A DNA stretch of 63,365 bases, the filler included, from Octopus bimaculoides (taxonomy: Eukaryota), in NCBI RefSeq assembly GCF_001194135.2. It is 6 parts of 6 records of this genome, joined end to end, with 100 filler letters (N's around TTAATTAATTAA, not from the genome) between each part and the next. Parts side by side here need not be neighbours in the genome. Positions count along the whole stretch, not along the records: positions 34,185 to 50,099 come from NC_069003.1; positions 50,200 to 63,365 come from NC_069006.1; 4 more parts are not named here. One strand, given 5' to 3'. Made by a program: the position numbers and the translations under genes. The stretch's first letter is position 1; every line of letters begins with the position of its first letter. Below the pieces are notes generated by a model. The model was not told the origin of the DNA. It did not search any database and was given only the letters and a program-made list of their open reading frames with translations. Positions 40,002-52,384 of the stretch are shown here, one piece after another.

Positions 40002-40931
40002 NNNNNNNNNNNNNNNNNNNNNNNNNNNNNNNNNNNNNNNNNNNNNNNNNNNNNNNNNNNNNNNNNNNNNNNNNNNNNNNNNNNNNNNNNNNNNNNNNNN
40101 NNNNNNNNNNNNNNNNNNNNNNNNNNNNNNNNNNNNNNNNNNNNNNNNNNNNNNNNNNNNNNNNNNNNNNNNNNNNNNNNNNNNNNNNNNNNNNNNNNNN
40201 NNNNNNNNNNNNNNNNNNNNNNNNNNNNNNNNNNNNNNNNNNNNNNNNNNNNNNNNNNNNNNNNNNNNNNNNNNNNNNNNNNNNNNNNNNNNNNNNNNNN
40301 NNNNNNNNNNNNNNNNNNNNNNNNNNNNNNNNNNNNNNNNNNNNNNNNNNNNNNNNNNNNNNNNNNNNNNNNNNNNNNNNNNNNNNNNNNNNNNNNNNNN
40401 NNNNNNNNNNNNNNNNNNNNNNNNNNNNNNNNNNNNNNNNNNNNNNNNNNNNNNNNNNNNNNNNNNNNNNNNNNNNNNNNNNNNNNNNNNNNNNNNNNNN
40501 NNNNNNNNNNNNNNNNNNNNNNNNNNNNNNNNNNNNNNNNNNNNNNNNNNNNNNNNNNNNNNNNNNNNNNNNNNNNNNNNNNNNNNNNNNNNNNNNNNNN
40601 NNNNNNNNNNNNNNNNNNNNNNNNNNNNNNNNNNNNNNNNNNNNNNNNNNNNNNNNNNNNNNNNNNNNNNNNNNNNNNNNNNNNNNNNNNNNNNNNNNNN
40701 NNNNNNNNNNNNNNNNNNNNNNNNNNNNNNNNNNNNNNNNNNNNNNNNNNNNNNNNNNNNNNNNNNNNNNNNNNNNNNNNNNNNNNNNNNNNNNNNNNNN
40801 NNNNNNNNNNNNNNNNNNNNNNNNNNNACACACATGCCTATAGGCACAGGCACATAGACACAGAGTTTTATACAACCAGGAGCAATTAGCATTTCGCACA
40901 TACACAGGCCTATCCACACACATATATATAT

Positions 40932-40985
<54 letters not shown>

Positions 40986-41199
40986 CATACACGTGCACAC
41001 ACACACACACACACACATATTGATATATACATACCTACATACATTTATTTATTTACTCTTTGTTTTTCCATTATAATCCTGTTGTTAAGAGTTTCTTGCC
41101 AGGACCAAATTCCCAAATGAAGAGGAATTCTTAATTTTGTGGGGTGGTGGATTCTCCGAGAAAATGAAAATCTCTCCAATTAATTGTTTACTTCTGGAT

Positions 41200-43292
41200 C
41201 ATTTCTTGGATTTTACTTCAACTGGTTCCAAATGAGGTCCAAACCTCCTGATAAACTGTACCCTGCCATTCTGGAATGAAAAAGGTGACCCTTGACATTT
41301 ATGCTGTGTTGTTCAGGATCCTTTCTTGAAAAAAGTATGCATGCTGTACAATCACATTACTATGATATTACACACACATACAAACACACAAACACACAAA
41401 TGCACAAACACACATACACACAAACACACAAACATACATATACAAACACACATATTCTTGGTAGTCTTCAGAATTCCTTTATTTTGGTCAAATGTTAAAC
41501 AAAGTCCAAGACTAGAATAATTTAACCACTTTTTACTTCCACTTTCATTTTGCCTTTTATAGTCCAACTCCTTACGAAATACACCCTGCCTATATTTTTC
41601 AAATAATTGTATAATTTGTAAGTATTTCATTAAAACGATAAAACCTTTTTTCTTCTCCACAACAAAAAAATCCCACAAAATGGTTTTATTAAAATATGGA
41701 TTATTTAAAATGCAATGGTTACTTTGTACCATGGAAGCAGATGTGGTTGGAATCAAAAGAGTAGGCTTTCCAGTTTAAGGCCTGGATGAACACCATGCAA
41801 ATGCATTCCTTGTTTTCTGAAAATTTAATTGAAAAACAAAAATCTCTTATCAAAAAACTGTTAAAGGTTATTCTTCTGTTGACCTCCAAGACTTTTATTT
41901 TAGATTTATTCAATTAACTTGTTGTAATGTAGCTTACAACGTTACAGTCAAGTGTTTGATAAAGAATTTTATTGAATAGTAACTATATTCTTTAGTCTGT
42001 AGTCCCCTGATGCTACTTGTATATGTCTTGGCGGTAATGGATAGGAGCTGAATGCTTAACTCAGAGTCAGCCAACTTCAAAACATTCCTTCACCCATACA
42101 CGTAAGCACCAGTTTGCAGAGAAATTTTCCTCTCATAATAATCAAATGACCACAGGAAATCTAAAAGAAGATTCAACAGTTTGTACAACCAAAGCCATCT
42201 TTCATTCCAACTGACCCATTCCAACACTTACATTGACATATGTTTAAAGTTGTCAGATACGACAATCCGTCCATCACCCAAACTCTAGAACTGGTGACCT
42301 TACAACTGGGCAGTGTCCTCTCCACGTCTTTTCTTCTTCTTCTACTACTACAATGGTTTCTGCTCTGAACTTGTTGATCTTTATATCATCCTCACACAAA
42401 CCATTTTAATTCATTCATCCTTCCTCCAATAATCCTTGCTACTATCATTATACACCATTAGACCTTCGATTAAATACATTCTACCAGTTATTCTCCCTCC
42501 GATTATGATGCCACCTTCTGCAATGCCATTTCACTGTTGATGTTTTCCCATCAACCATTAACCTCCAACAATTAAAATGAAAAATTTAAATCTGATACCT
42601 TCACCCACTTCTCCTGTTGTGCTTAATGTTCTCCCTGGTGTAGAATAACCTGAAAACACGACAGGCACTGCCCCGCCTCCTCAGACAACCACACAAGTAA
42701 CATTTACAATAACACAAATTATAAACACACACATTACCAGTGTACCTTATCCACTTATATACACATATTATATATATATGTACATACAATACGAATAATC
42801 ATTGTGATGATAGACATGGATATATTATTTCCCTCAGTAAACAATTCAGAACTGAATATTCACCACATTGAGTGTATATTCTTACCCTTTGTCTCCCAAT
42901 TCTAAAAAGGGTCTGTCCCCTGCAATGTTATCTGGTAGGGTTGCTTGGTTTTGTAACATTTCTGCATATGGAAAGCCTTGAAAGTCTTCATGATTAGAAA
43001 AAAACACGAAAGCATTTGTAGCTTTCTTCATAAATAAATGTCCTGATATTTCCAAAACTGTAAATCCATTTTTTAGTATTTCTTCACTGTTGAAAATCTT
43101 CATTAATGTAAAAGACACAAAGAAAAACAAAGATGTAACAAAACAAAAAAAAAGCCCTTCTTTGAGTGGAAACATTTCAGTGACCAATGCTTAAAGTTGT
43201 GCATTTGTTAGCATGACCAAAATATCGGCAATGGAAAAAATCTACCTCACTTACAATTCTTCAGGTTCTGCTGAACGATTTCAAGTTCGTTT
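41200..43292 (-). other. Candidate exons of an unidentified minus-strand transcript
   Basis: AG/GT-bounded segments 43292-43255, 43086-42886, 42649-42599, 41816-41730 (or 41723) and an acceptor at 41270, all in TE-poor sequence. No unambiguous joined ORF. Confidence 0.35.
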
Positions 43293-44505
43293 CTGTAAGG
43301 TAAGTGAGTTAAGAATAAAAAAAAATTAAGAAAGTAGTGGTTTAGGACTGAAATTCCTTTTTTAAGACACTATGGTGTAATTTGAGAGATTTGACTACTA
43401 TTTCTAGCATTACAAGAGACACCCTCATTGGCTTGCCATTATAATAGCATAGAGTTGTTGTTTTTGTTGTTTAGTCTGTGGTAATCAAGCCTTTATATGA
43501 CATTCCTAATATGACCACCTATCTTATTTAACCAGATAGGGAATAAACAGTGTTCTTCATTTATAAATGCAGAAGGATGTAGTTTGAGGGGAATATCTGT
43601 GTTCTTTCTAGCAGGTCAAACAACCCTACAGAGGTCCCTTCATTTACATGTAGTTGCAGAAGTGGGGGTGGTGGTGCTAGATCCAGTGCTACTGTTGTTG
43701 TTGTTGTTGTTTAGACTCAGGTGGGACCCTAGTGAAACAGACTTATGATCAAAGATGCTCCAGTTATGACCACTCCCTCGAATTTTCCCAATCAGTGTAT
43801 ATAGGGCTACATTACAAATTTTTTAAGACAATAGGGGTAGATTTTGAGGGAGATGTGGGTGCTATTTCATGCAGCTTGAGTGGTGGGGGGCACAGAGGAG
43901 ATTCAGTGTTGGTTTGAAAAACATTACCAAACCTTATTTACTGTTATTGTTGTTGCTGTTGTTGTTGAGCCCAATGCCAGCTCTTGGCTGAGTATACCTA
44001 TAATCAAAGGAAACTCCATCCATGACCATAACTTCGTTTTTTTTTTTAGAACGGTGCCATCTGGACAACAATATAATATGACAGGTAGCTGACTGCTATT
44101 TCTAGCAGGTTAAGTAGCAGCATAGAGCCTTCCCCACTGATTCCACTCAAACCCCACCCACCACCCCCATTTGCCGTTGGTGCATTTCAACCAATTGGAT
44201 TCTTACCAATTTTTGAAATTTTACTCCCAAAAGAAATCTCTTTTCTTTTACAAAAATTCCCGCCTTTTTTTTTGTTCTTTTTTGCTTTTTATAATTTTAT
44301 TTTGTTTTATAGTATTAAAGGTTTTTGAAGCTTTACAAATGTAGAAATACAAGAAAAATAGCCAATTCTTCCAGAGAATTTAACATTTTCTTTGGTGGTG
44401 GATGAAGAGGTGTGGGTCCAAGATTAAAGAATTTTTAGTTTTGGAGACATAAATCTTGGTGTTCAAACTTCGAATTCTTTACAGGGATCTATCATGTTTG
44501 TGGAA

Positions 44506-44565
<60 letters not shown>

Positions 44566-45350
44566 GCTGGCACAATCATTAGCATGCCGGGCGAAATGCT
44601 TAGCGTTATTTCGCCCATTGCTACGTTCTGAGTTCAAATTCCACCGAGATTGACTTTGCTTCTCATCCTTTCAGGGTCAATAAATTAAGTACCAGTTACG
44701 TACTGGGGTCAATGTAATCGACTAGCCCCCTCCCTCACAATTTCAGACCTTGTGCCTAGAGTAGAAAAAAATTATTATTATTATGGTAGAATGAAAGGCA
44801 GTGAGCTGGCAGAATCATTAGCATGCCNNNNNNNNNNNNNNNNNNNNNNNNNNNNNNNNNNNNNTGTTATGTAGACTACAGGTGCTGCCCAGTCTGCATG
44901 GTCAATCTTTTCAATTATATTCAGGCTTTCCAGCCTTTCTAGGTCTCTTTTTTTACCTGGTTTACTTCCACAAATGGCACATTCCATTTGGGCCTGGAAG
45001 TAGGTATTGAATTTTCTTTGATAGCAATCCTTGCTTTTGTTTTTGTTTGTCTCAGTTCAGTGACCTCGTTTGACCGTTTGACTGCTCCATTCATGTTATT
45101 GCACAAAACGCTGAGGTCGACTTTGCCTTTCATCCTTTCGGGGTTGATAAATTAAGAACCAGTGAAACACTGGGGTCAATGTAATCGACTCATCCCCCCC
45201 CCACCAAATTTGAGGCCTTGTGCCTTCAATAGAAAGAATTATCATCATCATCATCATTATCATCATCATCTTCATCATCATCATCATCATCATTATTATT
45301 ATTATGGTAGAATGAAAGGCAGTGAGCTGGCAGAATCATTAGCATGCCAG
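44566..45350 (+). mobile_element. Cluster of SINE family B copies surrounding a gypsy fragment
   Basis: Copies at about 44566-44770, 44785-44826, 45110-45240 and 45305-45350. Confidence 0.85.
44864..45075 (-). mobile_element. Ty3/gypsy pol fragment
   Basis: TKTKARIAIKENSIPTSRPKWNVPF and DLERLESLNIIEKIDHADWAAPVVY correspond to the RT N-terminus of gypsy elements. Confidence 0.8.
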
Positions 45351-45974
45351 GCAAGATGCTGGCGCTCACCTGTTTCCATGGAAGCTGATACTTCCTCATG
45401 GCTAGAGACATGTTGACAAGTTTTTCATGAAGACTGGAAATAAACAGCACTGCTTGTATGACAGTGACACTTGTTTACAATCACCAGTTGATGTGAAGAC
45501 AATGGCACACACACACATAATAAATATATGACAGGCTTCATTCAGTTTCTATCAATCAAATCCATTCACATGGCTTTACCTGACCTGGAGACATAGAACG
45601 TAGTGGCAGACGAAATACCACAAAGTATTTCGCCCAGCATGCTAATGTTTTTGCCAGCTCGCCTTGATCTGGGCAAGGTTTCTACAGCTGGATGCCCTTC
45701 CTAACACGAAGCACTCTAAGAGTGTAGTGGGTGCTTTTTATGTGCCACCAGCACAAGAGCCAGTCAAGTGGAACTGGCATCAATCACACTTGAATGGTGC
45801 TTTTTATGTGCTTATATCCTATATATATATAGGTAGTGCTTAGCTATGGAGAAGTTATAGAATCAACAGGTGAGATCCAGAGATCCATAGAGTCAACAGG
45901 TGAGATCCAGTGCTCAAATGATTCGATCATTCTGAAGTCTTGGGTTTAGGGAATGGAGAATTGTCAATCTTTCC

Positions 45975-46135
45975 ACCCTGATAACAGGGGCCAATTTTAT
46001 GGTAATGTTTCTATGCCTCCACCACGAGTTGCATATCTTTCACTCCCTGCTCATATTTTTCCTTCAAGTGTTCACTTACAAACATTCAAGAAGACCATTA
46101 ATGGCATCAACCTCATTGGTCTAAGAAGACCCGGG
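45975..46135 (+). mobile_element. CR1/L2-like LINE 3' end
   Basis: SLPAHIFPSSVHLQTFKKTIN resembles the 'WNSLP...F.....L..FK' terminus. Confidence 0.45.
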
Positions 46136-46270
46136 AAGGACTTGCATCCTGACCCTTCCACAAGACCAGCATCTTGAAAGGAAATCTGTAGAAATGGATG
46201 TCTACCAATTTCTCTCTCTCTCTCTCTATTTGTTTATTTCTATCTTTATATCTACCTCTCTATTTCTCTA

Positions 46271-46302
<32 letters not shown>

Positions 46303-47527
46303 GCTCTCTCTCTCCCTCACTCACCCCCATTCTCTCTCTATACATATCTCTATGTCTGCCAAACTGTCTCCCTGCCAGGCAGTCAGCCAGGCAGTCCATG
46401 TTACTATGTACATGTCTGTCTGTCTGTCTGTCTGTCTTGTTCTCTATACATGTCTGTGTGTCTTCAGCCTGCCTGCCTGCCTGTCTGCCTGCCTGCCTGT
46501 CTGCCTGCCTGCCTGTCTGCCTGTCTGTCTCAGCTTCCTTGGATGGATAAAAGATAGACTTACAGATGCAGTCAGCCTGCATAGCTAAAACATTACTCAG
46601 CAAGCACACTACAGCCATGGCAGCGGTGGGGGGGGGGCGATGTAGGAAGGATGATTGTGTAACAGTGATAGGAGTAGTGGTAGGAGTGGTGGTGGTGGTG
46701 GCAGTAGTAGTGGTGGGGATTGGTGGTGGTGGTGGTGGTGGTGGTGGCAGTTGTGGTGTTTGTGGTGGTGATGGTGGATGTCCACCCATGTACATGGCTT
46801 CACCTTCCACATCATTACAATCACCGTCATCAACCTCACCATCATCATTATCATCAACATCAATACCACCACCACCACCACACCATCATTGTCATCATCA
46901 TCATCATCATCATCCTTTCCATGTCTGCTTTTCACCAAACTTGTGTGTGTAGGATGAGACTTGTTAAAACAGCATCATACACGCTGGATGCATTTCCTGA
47001 TGCTAACCCTCATTTACTTGCCTGATCTGCAAGACATGAACAAATGTCACCTCAGCTTCAATGGTGTCCAGTGTAAAGACATAAACACACACACACACAT
47101 ACACACTCACACGTAAACACACATATTAACACTTATATGCACACAGACACACATGCATACACATATACACATACATAGACACAAACTCACTCTTTCACCC
47201 ATGTATATACACATGTACACACATATGGATATGCACGCACATGCATGCATACACACATACATGCACACATACAAACATACACATTCATATACAGTAGGAT
47301 TCTGTACAGTTTCCATGCACCAAATTTCAGTGAGAATGGGTTTATCAATCTATGTCAAGGTTATAATAGAAGATTTTTTTATGCAAAGAGCCAAGCAGAG
47401 GGATTGAACTTGCAGTTATGTGGTTGTGAATTGAATTTGTTAACTAGACAGTCTATGCAGGGAAAAACAGAGAGATAGATATATAGGTAGAGGAAGAGGC
47501 AAAAATATATATTGATATATATATATG

Positions 47528-47598
<71 letters not shown>

Positions 47599-48533
47599 GT
47601 ATATATATATGTGTATATATATATATATATATGCATACATACATACATATATAATTATATATACATACATATATAATTATATATATATATAATAATTATA
47701 TATATATAATAGTTTGGCACAGAAATGTTAACATAGAGTGGTGAATAAATCGATATATCGAATTTGAAGTCTCTGTCTCTTTTGAATATGAAAATTTAAA
47801 AGTTTAAAAACCTTATATATATATATATATATATACACATATATGCAAATATATATACATACATAAACACACACACACGCGCGTGAATATGTATAAAAAT
47901 GTGAGAAAGAATAGAGAAAGGAAAATCTAGATGAAACAGATTATAGAGAGAGGGTGGGGGAAGAGGGGGGTTGCGTTGGTTCATTCCAAAGTACATTTCC
48001 TTCTCTGTTAACTTTGGCAAAGTACAACTTGGTACCTGTACAACTTTATACTGCTTTAGTTTCTGTTCAGCTGTTAGATAAAGTTTTCAGATAAGCGGGT
48101 GTATATTATATACATACATGGATACATGCTTACATACATATGTACCACACACACATACACATACATATATACCCATCTGTGTGTGTATTTGAGGACAGAA
48201 AAGGGAGAAAGCTTAGTCCTTAATCCCTGTAGTACAGTTGATTTAATTTCTTCATTCAAAGAAGTTGAGTCATTCTGTCACTACTTTGGGGTTTTCAAGC
48301 TTATGTACTTGTTCAAACAGCTTGATAGATAGACTGATGGTTAGATAGATAGATAGGCAGACAGACAGACAGACAAACAAACAGACAGACAGACAAATAG
48401 ATAGACAGATAGACAGATAGATAAGTAGAGAGAGAGAGAGGCAGATAGAAGAGGATACGAGGGTGGGGTAGAAAAACAAGGAAAGGGAGGTGAATAAGGT
48501 GCAATAAGAGAGAAAGAGAGTAAAAAAGAAAGT

Positions 48534-48567
<34 letters not shown>

Positions 48568-48622
48568 AAAGATAGAGGGTGATACAGATATATATATATA
48601 TGTGTATATATATATATAAAGA

Positions 48623-48662
<40 letters not shown>

Positions 48663-50025
48663 GGTTGGGGCCAGAAGCCTGTAAGCAAGTGTGTGGTAAA
48701 GAATCTTCATTATTCTATAAATACTAACAAAACTAAAAGTGAAATAACAACAAAATAAATAATAAATATAAAATAAGATATAAAAATAGTCCATGAAGTG
48801 GTAGCAGTGGTGGTGGTGGTGGTGGTTGTGGTGGTGGTTGTGGTGGCAGTGGTGGTGGNNNNNNNNNNNNNNNNNNNNNNNNNNNNNNNNNNNNNNNNNN
48901 NNNNNNNNNNNNNNNNNNNNNNNNNNNNNNNNNNNNNNNNNNNNNNNNNNNNNNNNNGATGGAGATGTTTTGTTGGGTGTGTATGGTGGTGGTGGTGGTG
49001 GTGGTGGTGGTGGTGGTGGTTGTCACTGCTTTTGTTGGTGCTGTTTAGCCCTAGGCTGGTTCTTGCCAAGCAGGCCTATGATCAAAGATATTCCAGCCAT
49101 GACCATCATATCTTTTTCCTGTGTGCAGAGAACCATAAGACCACATTATCCAATGACATCATTTGTCATCCTCCTACCACATCATCATCATCATCATCAC
49201 CATAACCATCACAATCATCAACAGCAGCAGCAGCAGCAGCCTTTTTTCCTTTAACTTCTGAGACAGCAACAACAGCCACACCATTCTCAATATGAGAGCA
49301 GTGATTTAATGAAGGTCCCACATTGGGGTCAGCCACAGATTAGGCCTGAAGTATTTCCAGAAGCTAAACATAAAGACAAAACCTATGCTGGGGACTAAAC
49401 GAGCCACCAAAACAGTTTGTCTGGTAACAAGAGGTGCAAGGACCCAACAGGATAAAGCACACAACTTTGACACTCAACATCAACCAAATTCTGAAGAGCC
49501 ACAGACGTGGGGGTGGGGGCCACAAAGATTACGAAATGAGTGAAGCATTTACCTGCAAGTTGCACTAATCTTATTTCCCAGACCAGTGCGAGTCTTCTCA
49601 GCCCCGTCGCTGAGAAGAGTGGAAGAGATTGGTTCCCATAGCATTTCTGCAACCTGGAAAAACTCAGGTACCTCAGCCCCAGCTACGGCAATACTTTGGT
49701 AACAAATTGACAGGAAGCAAGTTTAAGAACTCACCCTCATTTCTGGTTTATAGTTTAGATTGTGTAAACATCTCGGTGGTGAGGCAACTGGTATCATCAG
49801 ATCTGTCAAAAGTGGGGACCTCACAGAACCATTAGCAAACTGCCTTTCATCCTTTTGGTGCCAGTAAAATAAGTGCCAGTTGAGACCTGGAGGTTGAGGT
49901 AATTGATTTACTCCCTCACACCAAAATTGCTGGCGTTGTGCCAATATTATCAGATCTGTCCTAAAGACATCTTCACAGCTCTTTCTTTGTGCTGGCTACA
50001 TTCTTCAATGAACACACACGCACAC

Positions 50026-50099
<74 letters not shown>

Positions 50100-50239
50100 N
50101 NNNNNNNNNNNNNNNNNNNNNNNNNNNNNNNNNNNNNNNNNNNTTAATTAATTAANNNNNNNNNNNNNNNNNNNNNNNNNNNNNNNNNNNNNNNNNNNNA
50201 CTTATGAGTTATAATATTACATGGCCAAGTAAGTATATG

Positions 50240-50334
50240 TTGATTCCCTGACGATGAATATATGTGGAATTCCAGCAGCTCTTACTTCTTTGGAGTAGAG
50301 TACACATATATTTTGAAACATGTGTAGGAATTAA
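50240..50334 (+). ncRNA. Type I hammerhead ribozyme motif, catalytic core intact
   Basis: Stem I TTGATTCC(50240-47)/GGAATTAA(50327-34). Core CTGACGA at 50248-54. 11-bp stem II GAATATATGTG/CACATATATTT with a T.T opposition at its base. GAAA at 50315-18, stem III AC-ATGT-GT, GTA cleavage triplet ending at 50326. Confidence 0.8.
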
Positions 50335-50378
50335 AGGAAATTTTATTTATATGCGTTTTGCTCCATTTATTGTTATTA

Positions 50379-50423
<45 letters not shown>

Positions 50424-50424
50424 G

Positions 50425-50869
50425 TATATAAGGTGCCCCAAAATTAACTATTTCGGTGAAATTGGACATTTTTTTAACTCACTTTTATTTGTTTATTATG
50501 TTTAATATGTGTTAAAAGTGTATATTTTTTTATTTTGTTTATAATTTCTTAAATTTTATCATTCTTCTATCATTTTATTTTCATTCCTGTTGGATCCCGT
50601 TTATCTGTACATGACAGCATTTTTTCAATTTGGCTGCAGTCATTTTCTCTACTTCCACCCCCAGGCTGAAGCAATAGTTTAACTGAACTTAACACATTCA
50701 ATCAGTAGGACAGGAGATAACTCCTAATATGCTTCAAACTGTGTTTCACGGTACCAAGGATGGATTTGAAATTTGCAGGGTTACAGACGGTGTACATGTT
50801 GGAAATTTTCAATGAAGTTTTGACATAACATTTTCGAAGTCTCGTCAAAACGTATCCGAAATGTAGCCA
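50425..50869 (+). mobile_element. Tc1/mariner-superfamily non-autonomous remnant
   Basis: TA-flanked terminus TATAAGGTGCCCCAAAATT. Frame EITPNMLQTVFHGTKDGFEICRVTDGVHV resembles a transposase C-terminus. Confidence 0.45.
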
Positions 50870-51274
50870 NNNNNNNNNNNNNNNNNNNNNNNNNNNNNNN
50901 NNNNGTGAAATTAACGTGCAAGTGGCTGAGCACTCCACAGACACGTGTACCCTTAACGTAGTTCTCGGGGATATTCAGCGTGACACAGTGTGACAAGGCT
51001 GACCCTTTGAATTACAGGCACAACAGAAACAGGAAGTAAGAGTGAGAGAAAGTTGTGGTGAAAGAGTACAGCAGGGTTTGCCACCATCCCCTGCCGGAGC
51101 CTCGTGGAGCTTTAGGTGTTTTCGCTCAATAAACACTCACAACGCCCGGTCTGGGAATCGAAACCGCGATCCTATGACCGCGAGTCCGCTGCCCTAATCA
51201 CTGGGCCATTGCTAACTAAAGAAGCTAAAGCACAAACAGTGAAGACCGTGAACTCTGCTGCGCATGTACACTAT

Positions 51275-51480
51275 GTTTTAACGTTCTAGCTCACATCCGA
51301 TGTTTACAGTCGTGTTTGGAAAGAAGGTGTGTAGCGTGTGAACGTAGCATTGACCATGACATAGAAAGTTGTCATGGCGATACCTGCTCAGAGGCCTACG
51401 CAAAGTTACAGAAAGTGTATGGAGATGAGTGTAGAGCCATGCACAAGTGTACGAGCGGTTCAGATGTTCCCAACATGACC
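51275..51480 (+). mobile_element. Mariner 5' fragment (N-terminal HTH)
   Basis: GDTCSEAYAKLQKVYGDEC matches mariner transposase N-termini. Truncated at about 51480. Confidence 0.75.
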
Positions 51481-51915
51481 GGTGTGGAAAGGAGAGGGAA
51501 GGATGAAGGGTTGAGGAGACGGAGGACTTTGGGGTTTTTCGTGTGTATGAGGAAATTGTGGAGTTGGTAGTTGAGATCAAGAAAGAAGCAGAGAATAGGC
51601 TGGATGAAGGGTGGAGGGCAGAAGATGGAAAGGAGAAGTTAAGCTTGCAGGAGTTGGTGGTTGAGGGAGTAAAGGAGAGAGTGGGTGGCATGGAAATACT
51701 GACAAGGATGGGTTCAATTAAGGGGGGGATAGGGAGTAGTGTGAAACTTCAAGTGGAAGCCATGGGGTGTGACGTGCTGACAGAGGCAATGGCTAAGGAA
51801 AGAGAGATGGCTAGAGTGGCAAGATTTTTAAAAAGTGAGATAGTTGTATATAAGGTTGCAGGCATTGAGAAGGAAAGTTGGAAAGAAAATGGGATAGAAG
51901 AGAGTGGAGATACTT
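51480..51915 (-). mobile_element. Penelope-like element, N-terminal ORF fragment
   Basis: Minus frame SHLSFLSHCLCQHVTPHGFHLKFH matches the conserved 'HLxFLxxCxxxxxxPxGFxLKF' PLE N-terminal motif. Confidence 0.6.
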
Positions 51916-52270
51916 GTTTCAGTCATTTCGGCTGCATCACCACCTTAAAGGGTTTTAGTCGAATAAATCGGCTCCATTTGTTAAGCCTAGTATTTATTTC
52001 TATCAGTCACTTTTGTCAAACTGCTGTTATGGAGACATAAACTCATCAAAACTAGTTGTCAAGTGGTGATGGAGGGACAAACACAAAAACACACACACAC
52101 ATAGATATATACATATATATGTGAATGAAAGTGACTTGTTCTAACCATCAAGCTTTGAATCTTATGAAGGTTTTGCAGATTTTTATGTATGTATGTGTGT
52201 AAGTGGCCCTTGTGGCCAATAAAAACAAACATCATTATTAATGTATTTTATTTATTCTTTTCTTTGTCAG

Positions 52271-52367
52271 GTTTGGAAGAAGGAACTTTTCATATTTCAA
52301 AGAACTTGGTCTCTCTGGTCCTAAACCTGTTTCTCATTTAGGAAACCTGGTACAAATAAAAAAACTG
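52271..52367 (+). CDS. CYP3A-like cytochrome P450 (clan 3), exon equivalent to human exon 2 (97 nt)
   Basis: ttctttgtcag acceptor and GTAAAT donor. Translates (x)FGRRNFSYFKELGLSGPKPVSHLGNLVQIKKL, with the proline-rich hinge GPKP...LGN typical of microsomal CYP3 N-termini. Phase 2 to 0. Confidence 0.93.
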
Positions 52368-52384
52368 GTAAATTCAATTTTATA

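Noticed and set aside
43265-43305. Perfect plus-strand donor AAG|GTAAGT as CYP exon 1 end
   Set aside because: The phase-2 frame has no ATG or membrane anchor. The motif is also the complement of a minus-strand polypyrimidine acceptor.
45365-45400. Minus-strand 32-nt exon-like segment with CAG|GTGAGC
   Set aside because: Appears to lie in SINE-associated repeat sequence.
8173-50155. Five identical TTAATTAATTAA spacers, superficially a regularly interspaced repeat or PacI motif
   Set aside because: Each is isolated between two N-runs of similar length. This is an assembly gap linker, not biology.
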